From: an uncultured cyanobacterium
Lineage (GTDB): Bacteria > Cyanobacteriota > Cyanobacteriia > Cyanobacteriales > CAWUOF01
Direction of reading: 5' to 3'
Assembly (NCBI GenBank): GCA_963744145.1
Contig: CAVUSO010000001.1
Span: 2,336,001-2,400,000, forward strand
Length of the DNA: 64,000 nucleotides
Of this stretch, positions 1 through 11,731 are shown in pieces. A program made the translations under genes and the position numbers. Every line of letters starts with the position of its first letter. The stretch's first letter is position 1. A model generated the notes under the pieces. It had not been told where the DNA came from and ran no database searches. It saw only the letters and a list, made by a program, of their open reading frames with translations.

Positions 1-14
1 AAGTCTTATGATCT

Positions 15-108
15 GACAGACGAGATGTGGACAGACGAGATGTGGACAGACAAGATGTCCGTCCCACTAGAAACAATCACTCTTGTGGGACAGTCATCTT
101 GACTGTCC
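15..108. repeat. Short dispersed REP-like repeat: tandem 15-mers plus an imperfect 24-bp inverted pair
   Basis: GACAGACGAGATGTG is repeated in tandem from 15. GGACAGACAAGATGTCCGTCCCAC (44-67) is near-complementary to GTGGGACAGTCATCTTGACTGTCC (85-108). It lies just downstream of the methyltransferase stop. Confidence 0.7.
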
Positions 109-166
109 TAGTTATTTTTGCTTTCTTGTTTAATTTAGATACATTTTAAATATTTATCCCTTTTAT

Positions 167-469
167 TTATAGTAGTTTCATAGCCAGCACTTGCACAACA
201 GCACTGTGTCCCTGATGAAACAGCCCTTCATGGATTTCTCGCTCAAGTTCTACACTGTGCTTAAATTCTAGTCCTTCTAGTTCCTGCTGAATGGTTGTCA
301 GATCCATCAGCAAATTGGCATTGGGTGGACCTCCAGTTTTGAATTCCAGTTGACGGGGAGTATATGCTTCTAGCACAAACACACCACCCGATCGCAATCC
401 AGAAACCACTTGCCGATGGATACTAGCACGGATAGTTGGTGGTAAATGACAAAAAATCGAGACGATCGC
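167..469 (-). pseudogene. 3' half of an interrupted class I SAM-dependent methyltransferase
   Basis: The frame of ORF 167..409 extends upstream as A-I-V-S-I-F-C-H-L-P-P-T-I-R-A-S-I-H-R-Q-V to 469. This directly continues the N-terminal half at 13539-13828, which ends ...QPNSWD. Confidence 0.9.
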
Positions 470-3400
470 TAATAATTTTTAGTTCTACCGCTAATTAAAT
501 AAGAAGAATTTATCGAAATAGATTAAATTGATTGCCCACTGCATATTAATCAGAATGGTTTCAGTCCCGTTGCCAGGATTCATTATTGAGAAAGCAACTT
601 GACAACCAAGTTGACAAAAACTTTCGCGATAACGTGTTTCAGTCCCGTCGCCGGGATTAAGTATTGAGAAAGTTTTCCTTGAATCAGCAGGGTTTTCTTT
701 ATTGGAGCCATGTTTCAGTCCCGTCGCCGGGATTAAGTATTGAGAAAGCGTAAGTCCCATCGGGTAACATTAGTCCCTCAAGTTTCAGTCCCGTCGCCGG
801 GATTAAGTATTGAGAAAGTAAATATTATCTAAATCTTCCTAAATATTCTTTAGTGTTTCAGTCCCGTCGCCGGGATTAAGTATTGAGAAAGCTGCATCTT
901 TTAATCATGTTTCTAGTCTTTTAGAGTTTCAGTCCCGTCGCCGGGATTAAGTATTGAGAAAGTATCTATATAAACGTAGATGTTATAGTAGGAGATTGTT
1001 TCAGTCCCGTCGCCGGGATTAAGTATTGAGAAAGAAAAAACTAATACATCCAATAGAGCGCCGGCGCAAAGTTTCAGTCCCGTCGCCGGGATTAAGTATT
1101 GAGAAAGCAATGGGAATAAGACAGTCCACACGGTCATGCTAGCTGTTTCAGTCCCGTCGCCGGGATTAAGTATTGAGAAAGCCCCAATAATGGCAATCTC
1201 GCCAATTTGGTTAGTTTCAGTCCCGTTGCCGGGATTAAGTATTGAGAAAGTTGCGGTAGTGAGTGACATACATATCGTTCCAGGTTCTTGTTTCAGTCCC
1301 GTTGCCGGGATTAAGTATTGAGAAAGATCATCATTTTGCAAGTTGCGGTAGTGAGTGACAGTTTCAGTCCCGTTGCCGGGATTAAGTATTGAGAAAGCAA
1401 CCTTCAGCGAAACTTTTAAAACCCCAACCTTTCGGGTTTCAGTCCCGTTGCCGGGATTAAGTATTGAGAAAGGTGTAGCCGGGACTGGGATGGGCTCTGG
1501 CGTTGTGTTTCAGTCCCGTTGCCGGGATTAAGTATTGAGAAAGAGATAATTCCATTTGATTCTCCTTTCTTGGTGAGTTTGTTTCAGTCCCGTTGCCGGG
1601 ATTAAGTATTGAGAAAGAATTGATTTTGCTAAATATTCCAAAGAAACATCAAAGTTTCAGTCCCGTTGCCGGGATTAAGTATTGAGAAAGAGCAGGTAGC
1701 CGATATTCTTATCCCTGCTCTAGAAAAGTTTCAGTCCCGTTGCCGGGATTAAGTATTGAGAAAGCAGCTTTTTTGGGAGAAACTTTAGGGATAGGGATTT
1801 GTTTCAGTCCCGTTGCCGGGATTAAGTATTGAGAAAGTTTCTCTCCCAGAGAAATCGAGATTAAATTGTGTTCAGAGTTTCAGTCCCGTTGCCGGGATTA
1901 AGTATTGAGAAAGTTTGGGACAAATACGTTTCGAGTCTAAATTTGTCTCAGTTTCAGTCCCGTTGCCGGGATTAAGTATTGAGAAAGATTTGCGTATCCC
2001 GCAATAGTTGAAATTGTGCCTGAAGTTGGTTTCAGTCCCGTTGCCGGGATTAAGTATTGAGAAAGTCGATTCGAGATTTCTTAATCTGATAAATAAAATG
2101 TTTCAGTCCCGTTGCCGGGATTAAGTATTGAGAAAGAAGTTGATTTTGAATAGTTCAGTTTAGGAGGTTCAAGTTTCAGTCCCGTTGCCGGGATTAAGTA
2201 TTGAGAAAGCTATGAGAGTCGCATCAAAATCCCAAAAGTCCTATCAACCGTTTCAGTCCCGTTGCCGGGATTAAGTATTGAGAAAGCCCACAGTTTTATA
2301 TAGGTGAACTATCGGAGAAAAGTTTCAGTCCCGTTGCCGGGATTAAGTATTGAGAAAGATATCAGGTTGTCAATCATCCCGGATGATGTAGAAATGAGTT
2401 TCAGTCCCGTTGCCGGGATTAAGTATTGAGAAAGTAGATGAAATATTTGATGAGTCGGATTTCTCCCCCATGTTTCAGTCCCGTTGCCGGGATTAAGTAT
2501 TGAGAAAGAAGTCGGAGCAGCATTAAATTTCAGAGTAGTTTTGGTTTCAGTCCCGTTGCCGGGATTAAGTATTGAGAAAGGAGGATTAAATTATGAATCT
2601 TCCTTCAATGGAAGTCTTGTTTCAGTCCCGTTGCCGGGATTAAGTATTGAGAAAGCCGGGAGTACGCCTTCAGACCAGAGAACCGTCTTTACCCTGTTTC
2701 AGTCCCGTTGCCGGGATTAAGTATTGAGAAAGACCCAAAATAACATTACACAACAGGACAAAACAATGACGTTTCAGTCCCGTTGCCGGGATTAAGTATT
2801 GAGAAAGCTGCCCAATCAGCAATATTGACTATCACTGGTCTGGCGATGTTTCAGTCCCGTTGCCGGGATTAAGTATTGAGAAAGACCTACCTATGAAATT
2901 AGCACCCTTGCGTCGGGTGCGAGTTTCAGTCCCGTTGCCGGGATTAAGTATTGAGAAAGGGGGAAGTTATGTCCGACATCCCAGGGGGTGGCTTAGTTTC
3001 AGTCCCGTTGCCGGGATTAAGTATTGAGAAAGTCCCCTAAAGAAATATTTTCCCCAAAATCGGATAGTTTCAGTCCCGTTGCCGGGATTAAGTATTGAGA
3101 AAGCAGTAAAGCTGTCCAGACTGGACAGTTTTTTCTCGTTTCAGTCCCGTTGCCGGGATTAAGTATTGAGAAAGAAGTCTTGACCGGACAACAACCATGC
3201 TCCTTGATAGTTTCAGTCCCGTTGCCGGGATTAAGTATTGAGAAAGTTGGAGCTGAACTTTAAAGATTGACTTGGCAGTGATTGTTTCAGTCCCGTTGCC
3301 GGGATTAAGTATTGAGAAAGCGGGGGAAACCATCGGGTCAATTTGTGAATGAATGTTTCAGTCCCGTTGCCGGGATTAAGTATTGAGAAAGCGATGAGAT

Positions 3401-5408
3401 TTTCGATGAGTCTGACTTCAGTCCGAGTTTCAGTCCCGTTGCCGGGATTAAGTATTGAGAAAGTCTGCTAATGCCTTGGCTTTTAAAGATTTAATTTCTT
3501 CTGAAGTTTCAGTCCCGTTGCCGGGATTAAGTATTGAGAAAGCAATATTAGCAGACAAAATTTGCCCCGGACAAATGTTTCAGTCCCGTTGCCGGGATTA
3601 AGTATTGAGAAAGGTTTGGTCGTTTTGCTGTTTCTACATACCAACAGGAGTTTCAGTCCCGTTGCCGGGATTAAGTATTGAGAAAGTCCTTGGTTTGCAG
3701 TCCCCATTCCGGTGTCGGTGTTGTTTCAGTCCCGTTGCCGGGATTAAGTATTGAGAAAGCAATCTTGCTCCTCAGAATTTCTTCTGGGATTTTGATGTTT
3801 CAGTCCCGTTGCCGGGATTAAGTATTGAGAAAGCCGTTAGTTGTTGACGCGAATGAATGTTTGGATTATTGTTTCAGTCCCGTTGCCGGGATTAAGTATT
3901 GAGAAAGCTTAGAGTCAAATCCGGCGTGGGAAAATGTGTAGTTTCAGTCCCGTTGCCGGGATTAAGTATTGAGAAAGTGCCATAATGGACAAGGACTTAT
4001 ATAGATAAGTCCCGTTTCAGTCCCGTTGCCGGGATTAAGTATTGAGAAAGCCTCATTAAATAAAAAGGATTTAAAGAACGAGGGTCGTTTCAGTCCCGTT
4101 GCCGGGATTAAGTATTGAGAAAGCAAGGTAATTCCGGAAATTCCTTTACCCCAAGGATGTTTCAGTCCCGTTGCCGGGATTAAGTATTGAGAAAGCAGCA
4201 GGAGCAACAGCTAAGGCAATTTCATCATAATCAATAGTTTCAGTCCCGTTGCCGGGATTAAGTATTGAGAAAGTGGGTATAATTACTGGAATGGCAGTTC
4301 GTGGAATTTTCAGTTTCAGTCCCGTTGCCGGGATTAAGTATTGAGAAAGTATTCTACATATTAAAGTAGAAGAACCTATACCTATACCCATGTTTCAGTC
4401 CCGTTGCCGGGATTAAGTATTGAGAAAGCGGTCAATATTAATCACACGGGAATTACCATCAATAGTTTCAGTCCCGTTGCCGGGATTAAGTATTGAGAAA
4501 GTGTTGCTGATTCAGAATCAGCAAAACGAGGTTCTTTAAGTTTCAGTCCCGTTGCCGGGATTAAGTATTGAGAAAGAATTTTAATCAGCACAATAACCCC
4601 CAAGTAAAAATGTTTCAGTCCCGTTGCCGGGATTAAGTATTGAGAAAGAGGTCAGCAAGGAACTCGATGAGTTCCTGGTGAAGTTGAATGCTTCTTGTTT
4701 CAGTCCCGTTGCCGGGATTAAGTATTGAGAAAGCTCTCTGGCTAGGGATTAGCTATCGAGCATACTTAGGTTTCAGTCCCGTTGCCGGGATTAAGTATTG
4801 AGAAAGTTGTTTTCAAGTCGTCTTTGTTCTTAGAGCCAAAAACTACAGTTTCAGTCCCGTTGCCGGGATTAAGTATTGAGAAAGAACCAGAAAATTTAAC
4901 CCATCAAGAGCGTAATTAATGTTTCAGTCCCGTTGCCGGGATTAAGTATTGAGAAAGGCGACAAATGTTGGGTTAAATATAGCAGCAGGATAAGTTTCAG
5001 TCCCGTTGCCGGGATTAAGTATTGAGAAAGCTGATCTATGGGTGTATATATTAGATTGTTATGGGTTGTTTCAGTCCCGTTGCCGGGATTAAGTATTGAG
5101 AAAGTTGGTTGAGAATGAATTTTTAAAGGAACAAGTACAGAAATGTTTCAGTCCCGTTGCCGGGATTAAGTATTGAGAAAGCGGTGGACATAACAAGCGG
5201 ATGTATTGGCTAAGTCATTGTTTCAGTCCCGTTGCCGGGATTAAGTATTGAGAAAGTCTGTCGAAAAAGACAAGCACTTCGAGAAATCGAAGTTTCAGTC
5301 CCGTTGCCGGGATTAAGTATTGAGAAAGCCTAAAGTTAATATTATAGAAAGAATCTATAAAACATGTTTCAGTCCCGTTGCCGGGATTAAGTATTGAGAA
5401 AGACGATA

Positions 5409-6491
5409 AGTAATTGTACAGAATTATTTACAATAATAACATAATGTGTTAAGGTTGAAGAGTTGAAATTTAAATTTAACTAAAAAAATGATATTTCTAC
5501 GAGAAATTAATCCCCTTTCCGTTAAATTACTAAAGCGAATTTATCATCAAAGCCGACATCACCAGGTGCGTCAAAGAGCTCATTGCCTAATCTTAGCAAA
5601 CGACGGTGTAAAAGTCCCAGAGTTGATGAAAATTTTCAACGTCAGCTCTAAAACAATTTATAATTGGTTTGGGCGATGGGAATCATCTAGTATGGTTGGA
5701 TTATATAATCAATCAGGTAGAGGCTCTAAACCAAAATTTAATTCTGAACAAGAAAACCAAATTAAAGAGTGGACAAAATCCGAACCAAGACAATTAAAAC
5801 AAGTGGTAGAAAAAGCCAAAGAAAAATGGGGAATTGAGGCCAGTACAAAAACAATTAAAAGAATTTTGCAAAAATTTAATATGAGCTGGCATCGGATGCG
5901 TAAAGTGGTAGGAGGAGAACCTGTAGCTACCGTATATCAAGAAAAAAAGCGACAACTAGCAGAATATGAACGATTGGATAAGTTAGGTGAAATTGACCTA
6001 TATTACTTAGATGAATCCGGATTCTCTTTAATTCCTTCTGTGCCATACGCTTGGCAAGATATTGGCGAATATTTTGGGATTCCTAGTCAGCAAAGTAAGC
6101 GTTTAAATGTGTTAGGAATCATGAATAAACGGAATAAATTTGAAGCTTATGTTTCTGAAAAAAGTATCACTGGTGATGTAGTTGCGGCTTGTATTGATAC
6201 TTTCTTTCCTACCGTTGATAAACCCGTGGTAATTGTTACAGATCAAGCATCTATTCATACAGGCAATGCGATTTTTGAAAAACTTGAAGAATGGCAAGAG
6301 CGAAAAATTACTATTTTTGAGTTGCCTACTTATTCTCCCCATCTGAACCTAATTGAAATTTTGTGGAGGTTTATTAAGTATGAATGGATTCCGATAGAAG
6401 CTTATAAAGATTGGCCAACTTTCGTTGCAGCCGTTGAAAAGATTTTGAGAGAATTTGGAGAAAAGTATGTAATTAATTTTGTCTGACTACT
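5409..6491 (+). mobile_element. IS630-family insertion sequence inserted in a CRISPR spacer
   Basis: TA is duplicated at 5407-5408 and 6492-6493. Imperfect terminal inverted repeats: AGTAATTGTACAGAATTATTTACA versus the reverse complement of TGTAATTAATTTTGTCTGACTACT. Removal restores a 37-nt spacer. Confidence 0.92.
5488..6486 (+). CDS. IS630-family transposase (HTH + DDE), apparently intact
   Basis: 332-aa single ORF with N-terminal HTH segments and DDE motifs YYLDESGF, VTDQASIH and YSPHLNLIEILW. Confidence 0.95.
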   Translation: MIFLREINPLSVKLLKRIYHQSRHHQVRQRAHCLILANDGVKVPELMKIFNVSSKTIYNWFGRWESSSMVGLYNQSGRGSKPKFNSEQENQIKEWTKSEPRQLKQVVEKAKEKWGIEASTKTIKRILQKFNMSWHRMRKVVGGEPVATVYQEKKRQLAEYERLDKLGEIDLYYLDESGFSLIPSVPYAWQDIGEYFGIPSQQSKRLNVLGIMNKRNKFEAYVSEKSITGDVVAACIDTFFPTVDKPVVIVTDQASIHTGNAIFEKLEEWQERKITIFELPTYSPHLNLIEILWRFIKYEWIPIEAYKDWPTFVAAVEKILREFGEKYVINFV

Positions 6492-9400
6492 TAATAAGGT
6501 CTCATTATCCTATCTCGTAGGATAGTTTCAGTCCCGTTGCCGGGATTAAGTATTGAGAAAGTACTAATCTAATCTCCAATTCTAATCAATATACACTTAG
6601 TTTCAGTCCCGTTGCCGGGATTAAGTATTGAGAAAGTGGATCATCCAGAGACTGATACTTTTGAGAAAACTCTGAAATGTTTCAGTCCCGTTGCCGGGAT
6701 TAAGTATTGAGAAAGTCGGAGTAAATCCGGAGTATACGCCAATGCTGCTCTAGCAAGGTTTCAGTCCCGTTGCCGGGATTAAGTATTGAGAAAGCGGATT
6801 CCCAATGGCAATTATTGAATAGGTAGCGATCGCATGTTTCAGTCCCGTTGCCGGGATTAAGTATTGAGAAAGTCTGCCATATCAATATCATTTAATTGTT
6901 GATTTAATGCGTTTCAGTCCCGTTGCCGGGATTAAGTATTGAGAAAGCTGACTAAAACAACATAAATTTAATCTGCTGTGAGTTTCAGTCCCGTTGCCGG
7001 GATTAAGTATTGAGAAAGCTTGAATTGTCCGATTATGGCAATTCTTATTATTTGCATGTTTCAGTCCCGTTGCCGGGATTAAGTATTGAGAAAGAGGAAT
7101 TAGATAAGGAATTACGCCAATTACGATCAGGTTTCAGTCCCGTTGCCGGGATTAAGTATTGAGAAAGGTCCTTAATAATTTGGTGAGTGCCCATCAACGA
7201 CCCGGTTTCAGTCCCGTTGCCGGGATTAAGTATTGAGAAAGATACTTAATAAGTTTTTCTTATTAAGTAAAAATGCTTAGGTTTCAGTCCCGTTGCCGGG
7301 ATTAAGTATTGAGAAAGGACCAGACCGAATATTACAAAGTTCGGCAAAACTAGCCCAGGTTTCAGTCCCGTTGCCGGGATTAAGTATTGAGAAAGAAATA
7401 TATTGGCTCAAATTATGGAACTACAGAGAGCATGTTTCAGTCCCGTTGCCGGGATTAAGTATTGAGAAAGCCCAATGGGGGTCATCGACGACAGTTGGGG
7501 CAATCGTTTCAGTCCCGTTGCCGGGATTAAGTATTGAGAAAGAACCTAAGAATTTTAATATCTCTCCTTTTACTTCTTTATAATGTTTCAGTCCCGTTGC
7601 CGGGATTAAGTATTGAGAAAGTGGGGAATCTGACCCCCAACTTTTCCAATAATTTCGTTTCAGTCCCGTTGCCGGGATTAAGTATTGAGAAAGAAGTGAA
7701 CTTTAATACTGCTAACGACCCTAGCGCATTGATTGTTTCAGTCCCGTTGCCGGGATTAAGTATTGAGAAAGCTGGGGTGAATAGGTTTAGGAGCGATTGC
7801 AATCATTTGTTTCAGTCCCGTTGCCGGGATTAAGTATTGAGAAAGTTTATCGCTCTAACTTGGGGCAAAGACAGGAGCAGGTTTCAGTCCCGTTGCCGGG
7901 ATTAAGTATTGAGAAAGCTACCTGTAGATCCAACAAAATTAAATTCTTACCTGTTTCAGTCCCGTTGCCGGGATTAAGTATTGAGAAAGAAATTATGGTC
8001 GAATTATTAACGTTTCAGAATTGGTTTCAGTCCCGTTGCCGGGATTAAGTATTGAGAAAGCTAGCGAGGGGTCAGTAACTTTAGCTAGGGTGATTGGGTT
8101 GTTTCAGTCCCGTTGCCGGGATTAAGTATTGAGAAAAGGACTGCATCATTGGACGCTCTGGGGTCTTTTTGCGTCGTTTCAGTCCCGTTGCCGGGATTAA
8201 GTATTGAGAAAGTAGGTTTTCCTCTTTTACTAGGAGTAGAATTTTTCTTGTTTCAGTCCCGTTGCCGGGATTAAGTATTGAGAAAGTGTAATAAAGTTGG
8301 CCAGATTGATTCCAACCTCTAGTCGCGTTTCAGTCCCGTTGCCGGGATTAAGTATTGAGAAAGTTTAAAGGTAATGCTCGCCCCATCCCCCTCGATTGTT
8401 TCAGTCCCGTTGCCGGGATTAAGTATTGAGAAAGCCACTTGAAATAAAAAAATACCCTCCCATATCAAGTTTCAGTCCCGTTGCCGGGATTAAGTATTGA
8501 GAAAGCTAACGTTAATTCATCATTAGTTTGAGTCGGAATAAGTTTCAGTCCCGTTGCCGGGATTAAGTATTGAGAAAGCAACATTTGATTTATCCACTTA
8601 GGGTATCCCTCCTGGAAGTTTCAGTCCCGTTGCCGGGATTAAGTATTGAGAAAGTTTCTTTTATTTCTCCCTTTGGTTGTAATTTCTGAACCAGGTTTCA
8701 GTCCCGTTGCCGGGATTAAGTATTGAGAAAGGTTTCACTTACGAATTCCTAGAAGGAAATGAAAAAGTTTCAGTCCCGTTGCCGGGATTAAGTATTGAGA
8801 AAGAGCTGAGTTTTTCTTATCCAGCACTTTAGCTTTTAGGTTTCAGTCCCGTTGCCGGGATTAAGTATTGAGAAAGTTGCCAAAATTCTAGATGATCTAA
8901 TCTCATAAAATCAGTTTCAGTCCCGTTGCCGGGATTAAGTATTGAGAAAGTATTTCAAAAATCTCGTTCTGATCAGGGTCTACGTGTTTCAGTCCCGTTG
9001 CCGGGATTAAGTATTGAGAAAGTTTATAGTCCACGGGTTAATTAGACCTATTGGGACTATTGTTTTAAGTTTCAGTCCCGTTGCCGGGATTAAGTATTGA
9101 GAAAGACTTGAGGGGCATTCCCATCACTGTATAAATTTTGCCAGTTTCAGTCCCGTTGCCGGGATTAAGTATTGAGAAAGTTAGCTTGAGCTAAATCAGC
9201 TTGACTGCCTCCACCAGGTTTCAGTCCCGTTGCCGGGATTAAGTATTGAGAAAGTGATGTCGTACTAAATAGTCGTTACATCCCGAAGAAGTTTCAGTCC
9301 CGTTGCCGGGATTAAGTATTGAGAAAGTAGTCCCATCTCCTTGTAAAGAGATTTGAGAGATATTTTGTAAGTTTCAGTCCCGTTGCCGGGATTAAGTATT

Positions 9401-11312
9401 GAGAAAGTTTGGGAAGTGGTCTTTGATGACAAATCTGTCGTCGTTTCAGTCCCGTTGCCGGGATTAAGTATTGAGAAAGTAGAATCATCAATACAACCAC
9501 TAACCGTATAGGGAAGTTTCAGTCCCGTTGCCGGGATTAAGTATTGAGAAAGCCTAGCCAAATAAAACAACAGAGGAAAAACATGAAGATAGTTTCAGTC
9601 CCGTTGCCGGGATTAAGTATTGAGAAAGAAGTACTGTTTATAAATTAGACAACACAAAATTAGTGTAGTTTCAGTCCCGTTGCCGGGATTAAGTATTGAG
9701 AAAGCAGCAGGTGTATCCTGTCCCGAGGATGCTTACGAAGTTTCAGTCCCGTTGCCGGGATTAAGTATTGAGAAAGCTGAGAGCGAGTTCTTTTTGGGCA
9801 TAGTCATCCCAGTAGATTTGTTTCAGTCCCGTTGCCGGGATTAAGTATTGAGAAAGCAATAGGGCTGGGGATAATTTGCTTGAGTGTCCATCCCCTAAGT
9901 TTCAGTCCCGTTGCCGGGATTAAGTATTGAGAAAGCTTTTGCGATCGCAGTAGCTAATCCAGCAGCACGTTTCAGTCCCGTTGCCGGGATTAAGTATTGA
10001 GAAAGTTGCTCCATCAGGAACATTACCCCCTGATTGGTATTATTTCCGGTTTCAGTCCCGTTGCCGGGATTAAGTATTGAGAAAGATAGAAGTTTGACTC
10101 GCAAATTTAGGGGTAAAATAAATGTTTCAGTCCCGTTGCCGGGATTAAGTATTGAGAAAGTTGGAAATAATGTCAATCAATTAATATTATTCAATAAGTT
10201 TCAGTCCCGTTGCCGGGATTAAGTATTGAGAAAGATATTACCAGTACAATCACTGGGGTCCAGGCTACCGCAGGTTTCAGTCCCGTTGCCGGGATTAAGT
10301 ATTGAGAAAGCTGAACTAAGGGCTAGATGGGCGGCAGTGATCGCGGAAAAGTTTCAGTCCCGTTGCCGGGATTAAGTATTGAGAAAGTTCTCAACCAAAG
10401 ATCCTGATACAGGCGCCACCCTGAAGTTTCAGTCCCGTTGCCGGGATTAAGTATTGAGAAAGTTACCAGACTCAGACTTCCGTTGATACTCCTAATACGT
10501 TTCAGTCCCGTTGCCGGGATTAAGTATTGAGAAAGTTGTAAAACTCAACCCATTGGGTATATTGGGCATGTTGATTGCCAAAAGTTTCAGTCCCGTTGCC
10601 GGGATTAAGTATTGAGAAAGAATAAATGAGCTATTCTCGCTAGCCCAATTGCATAGACGTTTCAGTCCCGTTGCCGGGATTAAGTATTGAGAAAGAAGTA
10701 TTTTTATAGTTGACGGTGTAGCCATTTACCGTTTCAGTCCCGTTGCCGGGATTAAGTATTGAGAAAGGAGCTGTAACCCTTACGGCTCTAGCTGACAAAG
10801 ATGGCAAGTTTCAGTCCCGTTGCCGGGATTAAGTATTGAGAAAGTCGCTGATGCTAACTACAGCGGAATCAGTGGACTTAACGTTTCAGTCCCGTTGCCG
10901 GGATTAAGTATTGAGAAAGCTAATGCTTCCCTACCTACCTAATGAGACACTAATACTTCCCGTTTCAGTCCCGTTGCCGGGATTAAGTATTGAGAAAGCG
11001 GCAGCGTCTTTCCGGCGAGATTGCGTTCATTCAATCAATGTTTCAGTCCCGTTGCCGGGATTAAGTATTGAGAAAGCAGTAGTATAATCAAATTAAAATT
11101 ATGTCAATCAACAATGGTTTCAGTCCCGTTGCCGGGATTAAGTATTGAGAAAGTTGCTCTGACGTAGAACCCTTAGTCAATGGATTACAAAAATTTAAGT
11201 TTCAGTCCCGTTGCCGGGATTAAGTATTGAGAAAGCGGGTTATCACTGGACGGCTACGCACCTGATTAATTACAGGTTTCAGTCCCGTTGCCGGGATTAA
11301 GTATTGAGAAAG

Positions 11313-11560
11313 AGCGTGGTCTAGAAGCGTTACTGGGACTAGCTTGAAATAGCAATTTTGGCAGGTCTCCAAAAAAACTTCATTTCAGCGATTGCCCCAA
11401 CTGAAAATTTGCTAGATTTAGACCGGGGTTAGAGCGTAGAACTATTGAATTATCAAGGTTCTAGAGATTTTGGCGGCACCCCCTGGTTTTTCAACCTCGC
11501 TTCGCCTTGCCAAAAAATCTATACAGACACTATATAACACCTTTGCAACTTTGTCACATA
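11313..11560 (-). promoter_or_regulatory. CRISPR leader
   Basis: Non-coding region next to the last, perfectly conserved repeat, at the opposite end from the degenerate repeat. The distal boundary is approximate. Confidence 0.7.
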
Positions 11561-11731
11561 TTTTAGCACTCAAATTTTGCAGAAAAATAATTCAGGTAAT
11601 TTCTTATGGACAATGGCGATCGGATCACCTCTAATCGCTAAATAATACCAGCTTCATAAATTAGCACTACAGATAATATATATAGATCATCTGTAGTCAG
11701 AGTTGGAAGAATTGGTATAACTGGAGAAATA

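Larger units (their letters stand above)
558..11312 (-). CRISPR. CRISPR array, ~130 repeats of 37 bp, type I-D-like repeat
   Basis: The repeat is GTTTCAGTCCCGTTGCCGGGATTAAGTATTGAGAAAG (minus strand CTTTCTCAATACTTAATCCCGGCAACGGGACTGAAAC), with spacers mostly ~33-48 nt. Manual count is ~130. It resembles the Synechocystis 6803 CRISPR1 (I-D) repeat CTTTC...TAATCCCGGC..CGGGACTGAAAC. The degenerate copy at 558-594 marks the trailer, so transcription is inferred on the minus strand. Confidence 0.98.

Noticed and set aside
9936..9968. Spacer shares TTGCGATCGCAGTAGC with 58568-58583 (possible self-targeting)
   Set aside because: Only 16 of 33 nt match, half of them the ubiquitous HIP1 octamer, and the flanks diverge. 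I found no convincing self-match by eye, but did not do an exhaustive search.
491..10725. Many short ORFs with recurring FSILNPGNGTET, LSQYLIPATGLK or VSVPLPGLSIEK peptides
   Set aside because: They are translations of the CRISPR repeat, not genes.
11330..11350. GGGACT...TGAAA in the leader as a possible tracrRNA anti-repeat for TnpB
   Set aside because: There are only ~6 contiguous matching bases, too short to support pairing with the repeat.
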